A stretch of DNA of 64,000 bases from an uncultured Actinomycetes bacterium. GTDB lineage: Bacteria; Actinomycetota; Acidimicrobiia; IMCC26256; PALSA-610. The notes below the pieces were generated by a model. That model did not search any database. It was given only the letters and a program-made list of their open reading frames with translations, and was not told the DNA's origin. Below are positions 18,944-28,321 of this stretch, piece after piece. Position 1 is the stretch's first letter. Each line of letters opens with the position of its first letter. The stretch lies in assembly GCA_963782465.1 (NCBI GenBank), contig CAWAJR010000005.1, forward strand, positions 321,671 to 385,670, written 5' to 3'. Made by a program: the position numbers and the translations under genes.

Positions 18944-20442
18944 ATGATCGAGAACGAAGTGAAGCTGGGAGCGCCGCCGGGATTCCGTGTCCCGGCGCTC
19001 GACGGCATCGTCGAAGGGGTGAACGCGCTCACCTGCCCTGACGTCGTGCTCCAAGCGACCTACTTCGACACGCCGAGCCTCGCGCTGACGCGCGCCGGCG
19101 CGAGCCTCCGGCACCGCAGCAGCGACGGTTGGACCGTGAAATTGCCCACCGAGGACCGGCACGACGATGCGCTGCGCCGGACCGAGCTCGTGTTCCCGGG
19201 CCCGGCGGGCACACCGCCGGGCGAGACGCTCGATCTCGTGCGCGCGTTCGCGCGGACGGCACCGATCGGCGTCGTGGCCCGTCTCCGCACCTTGCGGCGT
19301 CGGATCGATCTGCTCCTCGACGGAGCGAAGGTCGCGGAGATCGACGACGACGAAGTGTCGGTGCTCGACGGCCGCCGGGTCGGTGCTCGTTTCCGCGAGA
19401 TCGAAGTCGAGGTGTACGAAGGCGTCCCCTCGGAGCTGCAGGCGACCGTCGTCGCCGCGTTGCGCGAAGCGGGCGCCGGGGCCCCGACCCGGTCCCCAAG
19501 ATCGTCAGGGCGCTCGGGCCGCGCGCGGTCGAACCACCCGATCTCGTCGCCCCCGAACTCGGCGACGGCGCGACCGTCGCCGACGTCGTCATGACCGCGA
19601 TCGCCGCTTCCGCACAGCGCCTGATCGCGCACGACGCGCCGGTGCGGCTGGGAGACGACGCCGAGGGCCTTCACCAGGCGAGAGTCGCCGCCCGGCGCCT
19701 CCGTTCCGACCTGCGCACCTTCCGCGCCTTCCTCGACCCGGAATGGAGCACGAGCCTTCGCGACGAATTGCAGTGGCTCGGCAGCGAACTCGGACATGTG
19801 CGCGATGCCGACGTGCTCCTCGAGCGGCTCGAAGCCCATGCCCGGCGCATGCCCGACGACGAGCACCTGCTCGTCGAACGCGTCATCGCCCGGCGAGCCG
19901 CCGAACGCGACGACGCGCGCGCCGACCTGCTCGCCGCGTACCGCAGCCCGCGCTACGCCGAGCTGCTCGACCGCCTCGTCGCCGCCGCCCACGAACCGCA
20001 TTTCGCGTCGGGGCCAGACGCGACACCGCCCGGCACGATGGCCGAAGAAGCGTTGCCCGAGGTCGTACGCCGCCCCTGGGGTCACCTTCGCCGGGCAGTC
20101 GCGGCGCTCGGCGACGCACCCGCCGACGAAGCGCTGCACGAGGTCCGCAAGCGGGCGAAGCGTTGCCGTTACGCGGCGGAAGCCGCGGCGCCGGTCGTCG
20201 GGAAACGGGCCCGCAACTTCGCGAAGGCCGTCGCATCGGTCCAAGACATCCTCGGCGAACATCAAGACGCCGTTGTCGCGCGCCAGTGGCTCGCGAAGAC
20301 CGCCGCCGACCTGGCCGGCCGCGAGGCCTACGCCGCCGGAATGCTGAGCGGCATCGAACTCGAAGCGGCCCATCGCGCCGAGCGGGAATTCCCCGCCGTA
20401 TGGAAGGCCGCCGCCGCCAAGCGACTGCGCAGCTGGTTGTGA
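18944..20442 (+). CDS. CYTH-CHAD domain protein (polyphosphate-associated), one frameshift near 19490 (C-run contraction)
   Basis: MIENEVKLG (CYTH ExExK) in ORF 18917-19594. CHAD helices [18 protein letters not shown] and [16 protein letters not shown] in ORF 19129-20442. Confidence 0.8.
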
Positions 20443-20843
20443 CCAAAGCGCTCGTGCGCGCCGCGGGCGGCCTGATCACACGCGGCACCCCCGACGGGCA
20501 CCTCGAGGTGCTCGTCGTGCACCGGCCCCGCTACGACGATTGGAGTTTCCCGAAGGGCAAGCTCGAAGCGGGCGAAACCGAGGAGGCCGCCGCGCTCCGC
20601 GAGGTGGAGGAAGAAACCGGTTTCCAGTGCCGGCTGCAGGAGGAACTCGGCGTACGCACCTACCGCGACCGCCGCGACCGACCCAAGACGGTCCATTACT
20701 GGCAGATGGAAGTGGTGAGCGGCGAGTTCGTGCCCAACGCCGAAGTCGACGCCCTGCGCTGGCTGCCGCCCGACCAGGCCGCCGCGCTCCTGTCGTACGA
20801 TGGTGACCGCCGCCTGCTCGATGCACTGGGAGCGCCGGGTTGA
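20439..20843 (+). CDS. NUDIX hydrolase (MutT1 N-terminal-domain-like)
   Basis: Nudix box [22 protein letters not shown] in the tail of ORF 19167-20843. The GTG start overlaps the CHAD stop. Confidence 0.85.
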   Translation: MTKALVRAAGGLITRGTPDGHLEVLVVHRPRYDDWSFPKGKLEAGETEEAAALREVEEETGFQCRLQEELGVRTYRDRRDRPKTVHYWQMEVVSGEFVPNAEVDALRWLPPDQAAALLSYDGDRRLLDALGAPG

Positions 20844-21307
20844 CGATCTACCTCGTGCGTCACGCGAAGGCCGGTGAGCGCCGGACCTGGTCCGACAACG
20901 ACCGGCTCCGACCGATCTCTCGCAGCGGCCAACGCCAGGCACGAGGGCTCGTCGGCCTGCTCGAGACCGCCCACTTCGAACGGATCCTTTCGAGCCCCTA
21001 CGTCCGCTGCATCGAGAGCATGGCGCCCCTCGCCTGCGCGCGTGGGCTCGCCATCGAACCAACCGAAGCGCTCGCCGAAGAAGCCGCGCTCGGTCCGGCG
21101 CTCGCGCTCGTCACCAAGCACGCCCAGTCCGGCGCGGTGCTGTGCAGCCACGGCGACGTCATCCCGATGCTGCTCGAACACTTCGCCGGCCGCGGTCTCG
21201 ACCTCGGGCCTGACCCGACCTGCCCGAAGGGTTGCACCTGGGTGCTCGACGTGAACGACGCGGGCGACGTAACGTCGGTGCGCTACATCGCTCCTGCCGG
21301 CGAATAG
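20840..21307 (+). CDS. Histidine phosphatase (SixA-like; MutT1 C-terminal-domain-like)
   Basis: [10 protein letters not shown] (RHG-type motif) and LCSHGDVIP. The TTG start overlaps the NUDIX stop (TTGA). Confidence 0.8.
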   Translation: MTIYLVRHAKAGERRTWSDNDRLRPISRSGQRQARGLVGLLETAHFERILSSPYVRCIESMAPLACARGLAIEPTEALAEEAALGPALALVTKHAQSGAVLCSHGDVIPMLLEHFAGRGLDLGPDPTCPKGCTWVLDVNDAGDVTSVRYIAPAGE

Positions 21308-21995
21308 GCCGCGGCCGCAATCACCGCCGGAAGCTCGTCGATCGCCGCAAGGATGTGCGTGTGCGGCGCAGCAGCGAGCGTGGCCTCGTCGTGCGCGCCG
21401 CCCAGTACCCCCGCGACGATCGACGCGCCCGCCGGGCCCCGGCGATGAGATCGTTCGTCGTGTCGCCCGCCACCGCGACCTCGCGCACGTCGTCGACCCG
21501 TAACCGCAACCCGGCCGCGAGGACGAGGTCGGGGTAAGGCCGGCCCCGCAAGCCATCGTCGAGCTCGGCCGTCAAGGTGAGGTCGACGAGATCGCGCCAA
21601 CCGAGGACGTCGATGATGTGCTCCTGCGTCGCGCGGGACAGCCCCGTGGTGAGGCAGATCCGTACGCCGGCGGCCCGCAACGCGGCGAACGTCGTCTCCG
21701 CGCCCGGAAGCGCCTCGACCTCACCCCGACCCATCGCCCCCGCGTAGGAATCCTCGAAACGTGCATTGGCGACATGCGCAATCGCGTCGTCGCCGAGGAT
21801 GCGCCGGAACACCTCGAGCTTCGGCCAGCCCATCGTCGCCTCCAGGACGTCGAGGTGGGGGGCCGGGTTGACACCGACCGCCGACAGCGCCTCCCAATTC
21901 GCGTGCTCGACCGTTCCCGCGTCGCTCACGGTCGTCCCCGCCATGTCGAGCACTGCCAAACGGATGCGCACCGCGCGAGGGTGCCAACTCCACAC
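21283..21995 (-). CDS. HAD-superfamily hydrolase, one frameshift near 21440
   Basis: LAVLDMAGTTV (DxD-type motif I variant) and AGDTTNDLIAG. The C-terminus continues in ORF 21283-21600. The true start may be the internal VRIRLAVLDM. Confidence 0.65.
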
Positions 21996-22063
21996 CGCTA
22001 CGCGACGACTTCGGAGCGAGTCTTCGCGTGCAGTTCAGTCGTCGGCCACCAACGAGGGCACGA

Positions 22064-22107
22064 ACCCGGTCCGGTTGCGGCCCCTGAATCCCTGGACCGG
22101 ACCGGGT
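22064..22107. other. 12-bp-stem hairpin in the HAD/peroxiredoxin divergent intergenic region
   Basis: ACCCGGTCCGGT (22064-22075) pairs with ACCGGACCGGGT (22096-22107). TGCGGCCC occurs in the loop and again just after the stem. Confidence 0.5.
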
Positions 22108-22200
22108 GCGGCCCAGGGAACACACTAAAGAACGCAGTTGAAGACCGCGCGAAGGCGCGATGAACGCGCGCCGAACATCGCGTCACGACTCCGGGTCGCG

Positions 22201-22280
22201 CTCGCCGCTCGTTCCCCTGGTCGCGCTCGCTGCGCTCGCCGCTCGTTCCCCTGGTCGCGCTCGCTACGCTCGCCGCTCCT
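22201..22280. repeat. 34-bp tandem repeat, about 2.3 copies, abutting the peroxiredoxin promoter
   Basis: Unit CTCGCCGCTCGTTCCCCTGGTCGCGCTCGCTGCG at 22201-22234. Second copy at 22235-22268 has one mismatch. A partial third copy starts at 22269 and runs into TACACT. Confidence 0.9.
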
Positions 22281-22291
22281 ACACTGGAGCC

Positions 22292-22756
22292 ATGACGGTC
22301 GAGGTGGGCCAGGAAGCGCCCGACTTCACGCTCAAAGACCAACACGGCGACGACGTCACACTCTCCAAGTTCCGCGGGAACGACAACGTCGTCATCGTGT
22401 TCTACCCGTTCACGTTCACCGGCGTTTGCGAAGGCGAACTCTGCTCCCTTCGCGATGAACGGGCGGATTTCGACACGCACAACGCGCAACTGCTGGCCAT
22501 CTCGTGCGATTCGCGGCACGCGCAATCCATGTGGGCGAAGCAACAAGGCTTCACGTTCCCGGTTTTGTCCGATTTCTGGCCGCACGGGGAAGTCGCCCGT
22601 GCCTACGGCGTCTTCAACGAGGCGCTCGGATGCGCGAACCGTGCCACCTTCGTGATCGACAAAGCCGGCAAGGTCGTCGCGACGTTCGCGTCACCCGACC
22701 TCGGCACCCCACGCGACCCGGCCGCGTACGAAGCTGCGCTCGCCCGCCTGTCCTGA
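22292..22756 (+). CDS. Peroxiredoxin (AhpE/Bcp-type 1-Cys/atypical 2-Cys)
   Basis: VVIVFYPFTFTGVCEGELC is the peroxidatic Cys motif. -10 TACACT (22280-22285) lies 6 nt before ATG 22292, so it is probably leaderless. The upstream extension to 22160 was rejected. Confidence 0.9.
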   Translation: MTVEVGQEAPDFTLKDQHGDDVTLSKFRGNDNVVIVFYPFTFTGVCEGELCSLRDERADFDTHNAQLLAISCDSRHAQSMWAKQQGFTFPVLSDFWPHGEVARAYGVFNEALGCANRATFVIDKAGKVVATFASPDLGTPRDPAAYEAALARLS

Positions 22757-23232
22757 TGGTGCGATTCTCCGATCTGCTCGGTCGCGGCGACGACGACGAC
22801 GACCAGTCGAAGCGGGAGGCGTCGGCATCACAACCGCGCGACCAGCAGACCCCGAACGAACCGGTCCCGCCGGCACCGAACGAGCCCCCACCGCCGCCTC
22901 CACCCGGATCGAACGATCTCCTCGACCGTCTCACCAGTTACGCCGGTACGGCGGCACAGCCGCGCGAACCCAAATGGTCACCGGAGACGCCCTCCGTCCC
23001 CGCGCCTGCACCCGAACCCGTCGCCCCGCCGGCCGCGGCACCACCACCCCCGCCGCCCCCCGTGGCGGCCGCGCCACCTCCGCCTCCCGCTCCGACCGAA
23101 CCGGCGCCCGTGCTCGCGCCCGCTCCCGAGTACGGAGGGTTCAGCACTCCCTCGGATGCGCAAGAGCGCGCGTTCGTCGACGAGCTCGCTCCCGTCGACG
23201 ACGACCTCTTGCCCACCCGCAAGAAGCGCTAA
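22756..23232 (+). CDS. Proline-rich hypothetical protein
   Basis: The ATG overlaps the peroxiredoxin stop (TGATG). Sequence has acidic ends with PPPPPPP tracts. Coding status rests on ORF length and operon position only. Confidence 0.45.
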   Translation: MVRFSDLLGRGDDDDDQSKREASASQPRDQQTPNEPVPPAPNEPPPPPPPGSNDLLDRLTSYAGTAAQPREPKWSPETPSVPAPAPEPVAPPAAAPPPPPPPVAAAPPPPPAPTEPAPVLAPAPEYGGFSTPSDAQERAFVDELAPVDDDLLPTRKKR

Positions 23233-23945
23233 CTCGCGGCGGCGGCCGGTTTCTCGTAGCGGTAACCGACGCCTCTCACCGTCACGATGCGGCTCGGTGC
23301 GCCCGGATCGGTCTCGACCTTCGCCCGCAGCCGCTTGATGTGGACGTCGAGCGTCTTCGTGTCGCCGAAATAGTTCGGGCCCCAGATGCGGTCGATGAGC
23401 GTGTCGCGGGTGAGGACGCGGCCGGCGTTGGCCACGAGCAACTCGAGCAACTCGAATTCTTTCAACGGGAGCGCGACCGCCTCGCCTCGCACGTACACCT
23501 CGTGCCGCGCGGCGTCGATCGTCACGTCGCCGATCTCCAACAGGTCGGCGTGCGGTCCCTCGTCGTCGACGACGCTCGGGATCCTTCGCAGCGCGGCGCG
23601 CACGCGCGCGATCAACTCGCGCAGGCGGAACGGTTTCGACACGTAGTCGTCGGCACCGACCTCGAGGCCCACGACCGCGTCGATCTCCGCGTTACGGGCC
23701 GTGACCATGATGATCGGGACCCGCGAGCGCGAACGGATCTCCCGGCACACGTCGATACCGGAAACCTTCGGGAGCATGACGTCGAGCAACACCAGCGCCG
23801 GTTTCGACGCCTCGAACCGCTGTATCGCTTCGACGCCGTCGGCCGCAGTGTCGACACCGAAGCCTTCGCGCTGCAACGCGACGGACAACGCGTCGCGATA
23901 CGACTGTTCGTCGTCGACGACGAGGATGAGGGGGGGATCGGCCAT
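23229..23945 (-). CDS. regX3: OmpR-family response regulator (RegX3/PhoP-like)
   Basis: VPIIMVTARNAEIDAVVGLEVGADDYVSKPFRLRELIARVRAALRR closely resembles mycobacterial RegX3. It has a winged-helix C-terminus. Confidence 0.9.
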   Translation of the reverse strand: MADPPLILVVDDEQSYRDALSVALQREGFGVDTAADGVEAIQRFEASKPALVLLDVMLPKVSGIDVCREIRSRSRVPIIMVTARNAEIDAVVGLEVGADDYVSKPFRLRELIARVRAALRRIPSVVDDEGPHADLLEIGDVTIDAARHEVYVRGEAVALPLKEFELLELLVANAGRVLTRDTLIDRIWGPNYFGDTKTLDVHIKRLRAKVETDPGAPSRIVTVRGVGYRYEKPAAAAS

Positions 23946-25195
23946 TACGACGCCTCCGAATACCGGGTGGCCGAGGCTCGGGCGAACGGCATGTGCAGGG
24001 TGAAGGAGGAACCTTCACCTTCGACGGACTCGACGGTCACCTCACCGCCATGCACCTGCACGACGTGGCGCACGATCGAAAGACCGAGCCCCGTACCGCC
24101 GGTTTGGCGGCTGCGGGCACGATCGACGCGATAGAAGCGTTCGAAAATGCGTTCCAGATCGCGCTTGGGGATACCGATGCCGTGATCGCTGACGGTCACG
24201 CAAACCCGGCCGGTTTCGAGCCGCGCCGCGACCTCGACACCCGCACCTTCGTCGGAGTACTTCACCGCGTTCTCGAGCAGGTTCACGAGCGCGCTCAACA
24301 CCTGGCGGCGGTCACACACGATCTCGACATCGGGGATTGGCAACACGATGGTGAGGGGAACATCGGCCAGATCGGCGGCCGCTCGGATCTGGTCGACGGC
24401 ATCACCGATGAGAAGCGGCACGGGGAAGGGCTCACGTGTGGGGTTCTCCTGCGCTTCGATCAGGCTGAGGTCGAGCAGGTCGTCGACGATCCGGCCGAGA
24501 CGGTCCGCTTCGCGCACGACGCGCTCGGCCAGTTGTTGCATCACCGCCGCGTTCGGTGAACTGGAGATCGTTTCGGCCAGCAAGGTGAGCGCGCCGATCG
24601 GCGTCTTCAACTCGTGGCTCACGTTGGCCACGAAGTCGCGGCGAACGCTCTCGACCCGGCGGGTCTCCGACACGTCGCGCACGAAGGCGACGGCGCCAAC
24701 GATCTCGTGGTCCGATACGAGCGGTTGGGCGCGCACATGGAGCGTCTGGCGGGGTGGCCCGAACAGCTGCAACTCGCGCTGGCCCGCCTCGCCTCTCCGG
24801 GCCGCGTCGAGCAACTGTTGCATCGCCTCCGCGGCCAGGGCGTCGGCATGACGGGCGTCGTGGAATCGCTCCGCCGTGCTGCTCCGCAGCACGGTTTCGC
24901 CGTTCGCGTCGACAATGACGACACCGTCGATCGCCGCGTCGACCGCGAGGGCCAAGCGGTCGCGTTCGAGTTCGACATCGTGCGCACGGGTCCGTTCATG
25001 GTCGGCCGACTGTTCGAGATGGGAAAGCACCGTCTCGACCCGCTCGGCGGTACGACCGTCGACGGCGTCGTCGAGCCGGCTGGCGAAGTCGAACAGCTGC
25101 CGTTGCAACGCACGTCGCGAGCGCGCGAACGCAAGGGTCACGAGGCACAGCGCCGCCAGTGCGACGACGAGGCCGGCCCAACCGAGAAGGTTCAT
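23945..25195 (-). CDS. senX3: Sensor histidine kinase (SenX3/PhoR-like)
   Basis: N-terminal TM segment and a PAS-like region. H-box FVANVSHELKTPIGAL. G-boxes GTGLGLSIV. Its stop overlaps the regulator start. Confidence 0.9.
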   Translation of the reverse strand: MNLLGWAGLVVALAALCLVTLAFARSRRALQRQLFDFASRLDDAVDGRTAERVETVLSHLEQSADHERTRAHDVELERDRLALAVDAAIDGVVIVDANGETVLRSSTAERFHDARHADALAAEAMQQLLDAARRGEAGQRELQLFGPPRQTLHVRAQPLVSDHEIVGAVAFVRDVSETRRVESVRRDFVANVSHELKTPIGALTLLAETISSSPNAAVMQQLAERVVREADRLGRIVDDLLDLSLIEAQENPTREPFPVPLLIGDAVDQIRAAADLADVPLTIVLPIPDVEIVCDRRQVLSALVNLLENAVKYSDEGAGVEVAARLETGRVCVTVSDHGIGIPKRDLERIFERFYRVDRARSRQTGGTGLGLSIVRHVVQVHGGEVTVESVEGEGSSFTLHMPFARASATRYSEAS

Positions 25196-25223
25196 GTCTG
25201 TCGAACGCCCGGCACCGATCGGT

Positions 25224-26099
25224 TCAACCGAAGCGACCTGTGATGTAACCCTCGGTGCGCGGATCGGACGGGTTCGTGAACAGCCGTTCCGTCACCTCGA
25301 ACTCCACGAGTCGGCCCACCCTCGACTCGTCGTCGCTCGCGTCCGTCGTCATGAACGCGGTCATGTCGCACACGCGTGCAGCCTGCTGCATGTTGTGCGT
25401 GACGATGACGATCGTGTAATCAGCCTTGAGTTCGGCCATGAGGTCTTCGATGCGCGACGTCGCGATCGGGTCGAGCGCCGAGCACGGCTCGTCCATGAGG
25501 ATGACCTCGGGCTGCACCGCGACACACCGGGCGATACAGAGCCGCTGTTGCTGGCCACCCGACAGCGCGTACGCGTTCTCCTTGAGCTTGCCCTTCACCT
25601 CGTCCCACAACGCCGCGCGGGTGAGCGACTGTTCGACGACCTCGTCGAGCCCCTTGCGCCGGCCCATGATGCGCGGGCCGTAGGCCACGTTGTCGTAGAT
25701 CGACTTCGGGAACGGGTTCGGCTTCTGGAACACCATGCCGATCCGGCGGCGAACCTCGACCGGGTCGACGTTGGTCGCGTAGAGGTCTTGGCCGTGGTAG
25801 GTGAGCCGCCCCTTGACCGACGCGCCGGGGACCAGATCGTTCATCCGGTTGAAGCACCGGAGGAGCGTGCTCTTGCCGCAACCCGATGGCCCGATCAGGC
25901 CGGTGATGCGCCGCGCCGGGATGTCCATCGACACACCCTCGACGGCGACGCGGCCGCTGTAGAGGACGCCAACGTCTTCGAGCTCGAAGACGTTGGCGAT
26001 CACCTCCGGTTCGGCCTCGGGCTCCCGGGCTACGGCGCCCGACAGATTCACCGTCACGCTCGACATCGTCTCACCACTCTCCGCGGCAGACACCACCAA
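25224..26099 (-). CDS. pstB: Phosphate ABC transporter ATP-binding protein PstB
   Basis: [49 protein letters not shown]. The start may be internal (about 26066). Confidence 0.95.
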   Translation of the reverse strand: MVVSAAESGETMSSVTVNLSGAVAREPEAEPEVIANVFELEDVGVLYSGRVAVEGVSMDIPARRITGLIGPSGCGKSTLLRCFNRMNDLVPGASVKGRLTYHGQDLYATNVDPVEVRRRIGMVFQKPNPFPKSIYDNVAYGPRIMGRRKGLDEVVEQSLTRAALWDEVKGKLKENAYALSGGQQQRLCIARCVAVQPEVILMDEPCSALDPIATSRIEDLMAELKADYTIVIVTHNMQQAARVCDMTAFMTTDASDDESRVGRLVEFEVTERLFTNPSDPRTEGYITGRFG

Positions 26100-26250
26100 T
26101 TCGACCTACGCACCTCGATGTGCAGCCGGCACGGTTCGACCGGCCTGGGCGACCAACAAATCGCTGCCCCTCCCGAAAAGGCTACCGGCGAATGGGCCGT
26201 ACGGCGACCTTAGAAAGCCCGCCTGTCCCGAGCCTGCACTGGTGGTGGAC

Positions 26251-26277
26251 CAAGGGTGAACAGGCAGTGAACAGGAA
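26251..26277 (-). promoter_or_regulatory. PHO-box-like direct repeats (2 x 11 nt) in the pstB/phoU divergent region
   Basis: Plus strand has GTGAACAGG at 26256 and 26267 (11-bp period). The minus strand reads GTTCACTGCCT GTTCACCCTTG, matching the actinomycete PhoP/RegX3-type GTTCACC repeat unit. Confidence 0.5.
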
Positions 26278-26380
26278 GACCGACTCGGACAGGCCCTCGA
26301 CCCAAGGCTTGCCGGGATCGGCACAATGGCGAGGACGAAACAACCCCGCAACGATCCGGCGCCGCGCCGGAGGAGTGGTC

Positions 26381-27064
26381 GTGGCCGAAAACCGCAAGCA
26401 GTACGCAGAGCACCTCGACGAGATCCGCGCCGATCTGATCAAACTCGCCGCCCGTAGCTGCGAGCAGATCGGTGCGGCGACCCAGGCGCTGCTCGACGGC
26501 GACCTCGGCGTCGTCGACCAGATCTACGCGACGCACGAGGAGATCAAGGCCCTCGACGTCGAGATCGAGCACCGCGCCTACCAGCTGTTTGCGTTGCAGC
26601 ACCCGCTCGCGTCCGACCTGCGGACGCTCCTCGCGGTGTTGCGCATCCTGCACGAGATCGAGCTCACGGCCGGCCTCATGAAGAACGTCGCCCGCCAGAC
26701 TCGCCGCATCTACCCGCGCGAGTTACCGCCGCGAGTTCGCGGGATCATCGAGCGGATGGGCGCGCAGGCGAGCGTGCAGATGCACCTGGCCGTCGATGCG
26801 TTCGCCGACGGCGACGCCGCCGTCGCGTCGGCGTTGCCCGACATGGACGACGTCATGGACGATCTGCAGAAGGAACTCTTCCGTGCAATCTTCTCGTCGG
26901 GAGCACCCGATGAGAACGCGCTGCAGATGGCGGTGCAGATCGCGTTCGTCGGTCGCGACTACGAGCGGGCCGCCGACCACGCCGTCACGATCGGCCGCTG
27001 GGTCGACTTCATGGTGACCGGCCGCCTCCCCGGGGAAACGACGAACGAGTCGGGCTTCGACTGA
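26381..27064 (+). CDS. phoU: Phosphate signalling protein PhoU
   Basis: Two PhoU repeats (DxxxD-type EIDxxA.., FVGRDYERAADHA). GTG 26381 follows AGGAG at 26371-26375. The longer ORF starts at 26120. Confidence 0.9.
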   Translation: MAENRKQYAEHLDEIRADLIKLAARSCEQIGAATQALLDGDLGVVDQIYATHEEIKALDVEIEHRAYQLFALQHPLASDLRTLLAVLRILHEIELTAGLMKNVARQTRRIYPRELPPRVRGIIERMGAQASVQMHLAVDAFADGDAAVASALPDMDDVMDDLQKELFRAIFSSGAPDENALQMAVQIAFVGRDYERAADHAVTIGRWVDFMVTGRLPGETTNESGFD

Positions 27065-27083
27065 CTGAAGCCCGCTGGGGACT

Positions 27084-27116
27084 GTTCCGGCGACGTTCAC
27101 CTCTCGTTCACGCCGT
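27084..27116 (+). promoter_or_regulatory. PHO box: three 11-nt direct repeat units upstream of pstS
   Basis: GTTCCGGCGAC GTTCACCTCTC GTTCACGCCGT, starting at 27084, 27095 and 27106. Confidence 0.55.
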
Positions 27117-27186
27117 GGCAGCGGCCAATCCATCCCGTTTCCTTAGGGTCGCTGGCGTCCAATCAGGCAGAAACAGGGGGACATCC

Positions 27187-28311
27187 TTGACTGCATCCCG
27201 GCCCACCCGGCGGGTCTTGCTCGTGTCCACGGTTGCGCTCGCGCTGGTCCTCAGCGCGTGCGGCAGCAGCAAGAGCACCTCGTCCGACACCAGCACGTCC
27301 AGCGGCAGTGCAACAACCGCTGGCGGGTCGACCGACCTTTCCAGCCTCCACGCGACGCTCAACGGCTCGGGCTCCAGCTTCCAGCTGACGTTCGACGAGG
27401 CCGCGATCCAAGGCTTCACCGACAAGGCATCGGGCGTCACCATCAACTACCCGGGCGGTGGCTCCGGGAAGGGCAAGACCGACCTCGCCGCCGGCCCCAA
27501 CAAGGTCGTCGACTTCGCGGGCACCGACAGCCTCGTGAAGCCCGAAGACGTGTCGAAGTACGACAGTGGCGGCGGGATCCTCTACTTCCCGACCGTCGGG
27601 GCACCGATCACCGTGTCGTACAACCTGAGCGGGGTCACCGACCTCAAACTCGACGCCGACACGCTCGCGAAGATCTTCCAGGGCGACATCAAGACCTGGA
27701 ACGACCCCGCCATCGCGGCGCTGAACTCGGGGACGACCCTTCCGAGCACCAGCATCGTGGTCGCGCACCGGTCCGACGCATCGGGGACGACGAGCAACTT
27801 CTCGAAGTACCTCGACACCGCGGCGAGCGGAGTCTGGACGCTCGGATCGGGTGACACGATCAACTGGCCCGCGGGCACGCAGGCCGGGAACGGCAACCCC
27901 GGCGTCGCCCAGATCGTGAAGAGCACGGCCGGGGCGATCGGCTACGTCGACCTGGCCGACGCGAAGGCCTCCAACCTCGTGTACGCGCAGATCAAGAACA
28001 AGTCGGGGAACTTCGAGCAGCCCACGCTCGACGGCGCTTCGGCGGCGATCGGCGGCGCGACCATCGCGGCCGACCTCACCTACAGCCCGCTCGACGCGGC
28101 CGGTGCCGACGCCTACCCCATCACGTCGCCCACCTGGATCATCGTGTACAAGAATTGGACGAACGCCGACAAGCTCGCCGCGATGAAGGCATTCCTCAAC
28201 TACATCCTCACCGACGGCCAGCAGCTCGCCAGCCAGGCGGGGTACGCGGCGCTCCCGGCGGAACTCGCCCAGAAGGCGATCGCGCAAATCGACCAGATGA
28301 AGATGGGATAG
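27187..28311 (+). CDS. pstS: Phosphate-binding lipoprotein PstS
   Basis: Lipobox LVLSAC and the PBP fold (GSGSSFQ, GGGSGKG). TTG 27187 follows AGGGGGA. The ORF track starts at 27115 but overlaps the PHO box. Confidence 0.9.
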   Translation: MTASRPTRRVLLVSTVALALVLSACGSSKSTSSDTSTSSGSATTAGGSTDLSSLHATLNGSGSSFQLTFDEAAIQGFTDKASGVTINYPGGGSGKGKTDLAAGPNKVVDFAGTDSLVKPEDVSKYDSGGGILYFPTVGAPITVSYNLSGVTDLKLDADTLAKIFQGDIKTWNDPAIAALNSGTTLPSTSIVVAHRSDASGTTSNFSKYLDTAASGVWTLGSGDTINWPAGTQAGNGNPGVAQIVKSTAGAIGYVDLADAKASNLVYAQIKNKSGNFEQPTLDGASAAIGGATIAADLTYSPLDAAGADAYPITSPTWIIVYKNWTNADKLAAMKAFLNYILTDGQQLASQAGYAALPAELAQKAIAQIDQMKMG

Positions 28312-28321
28312 ACGGAAACCG

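Noticed and set aside
19167-20843. 558-aa Arg-rich ORF
   Set aside because: It is out of frame with the CYTH-CHAD gene over most of its length. Only the last ~134 codons (the NUDIX hydrolase from GTG 20439) are credible.
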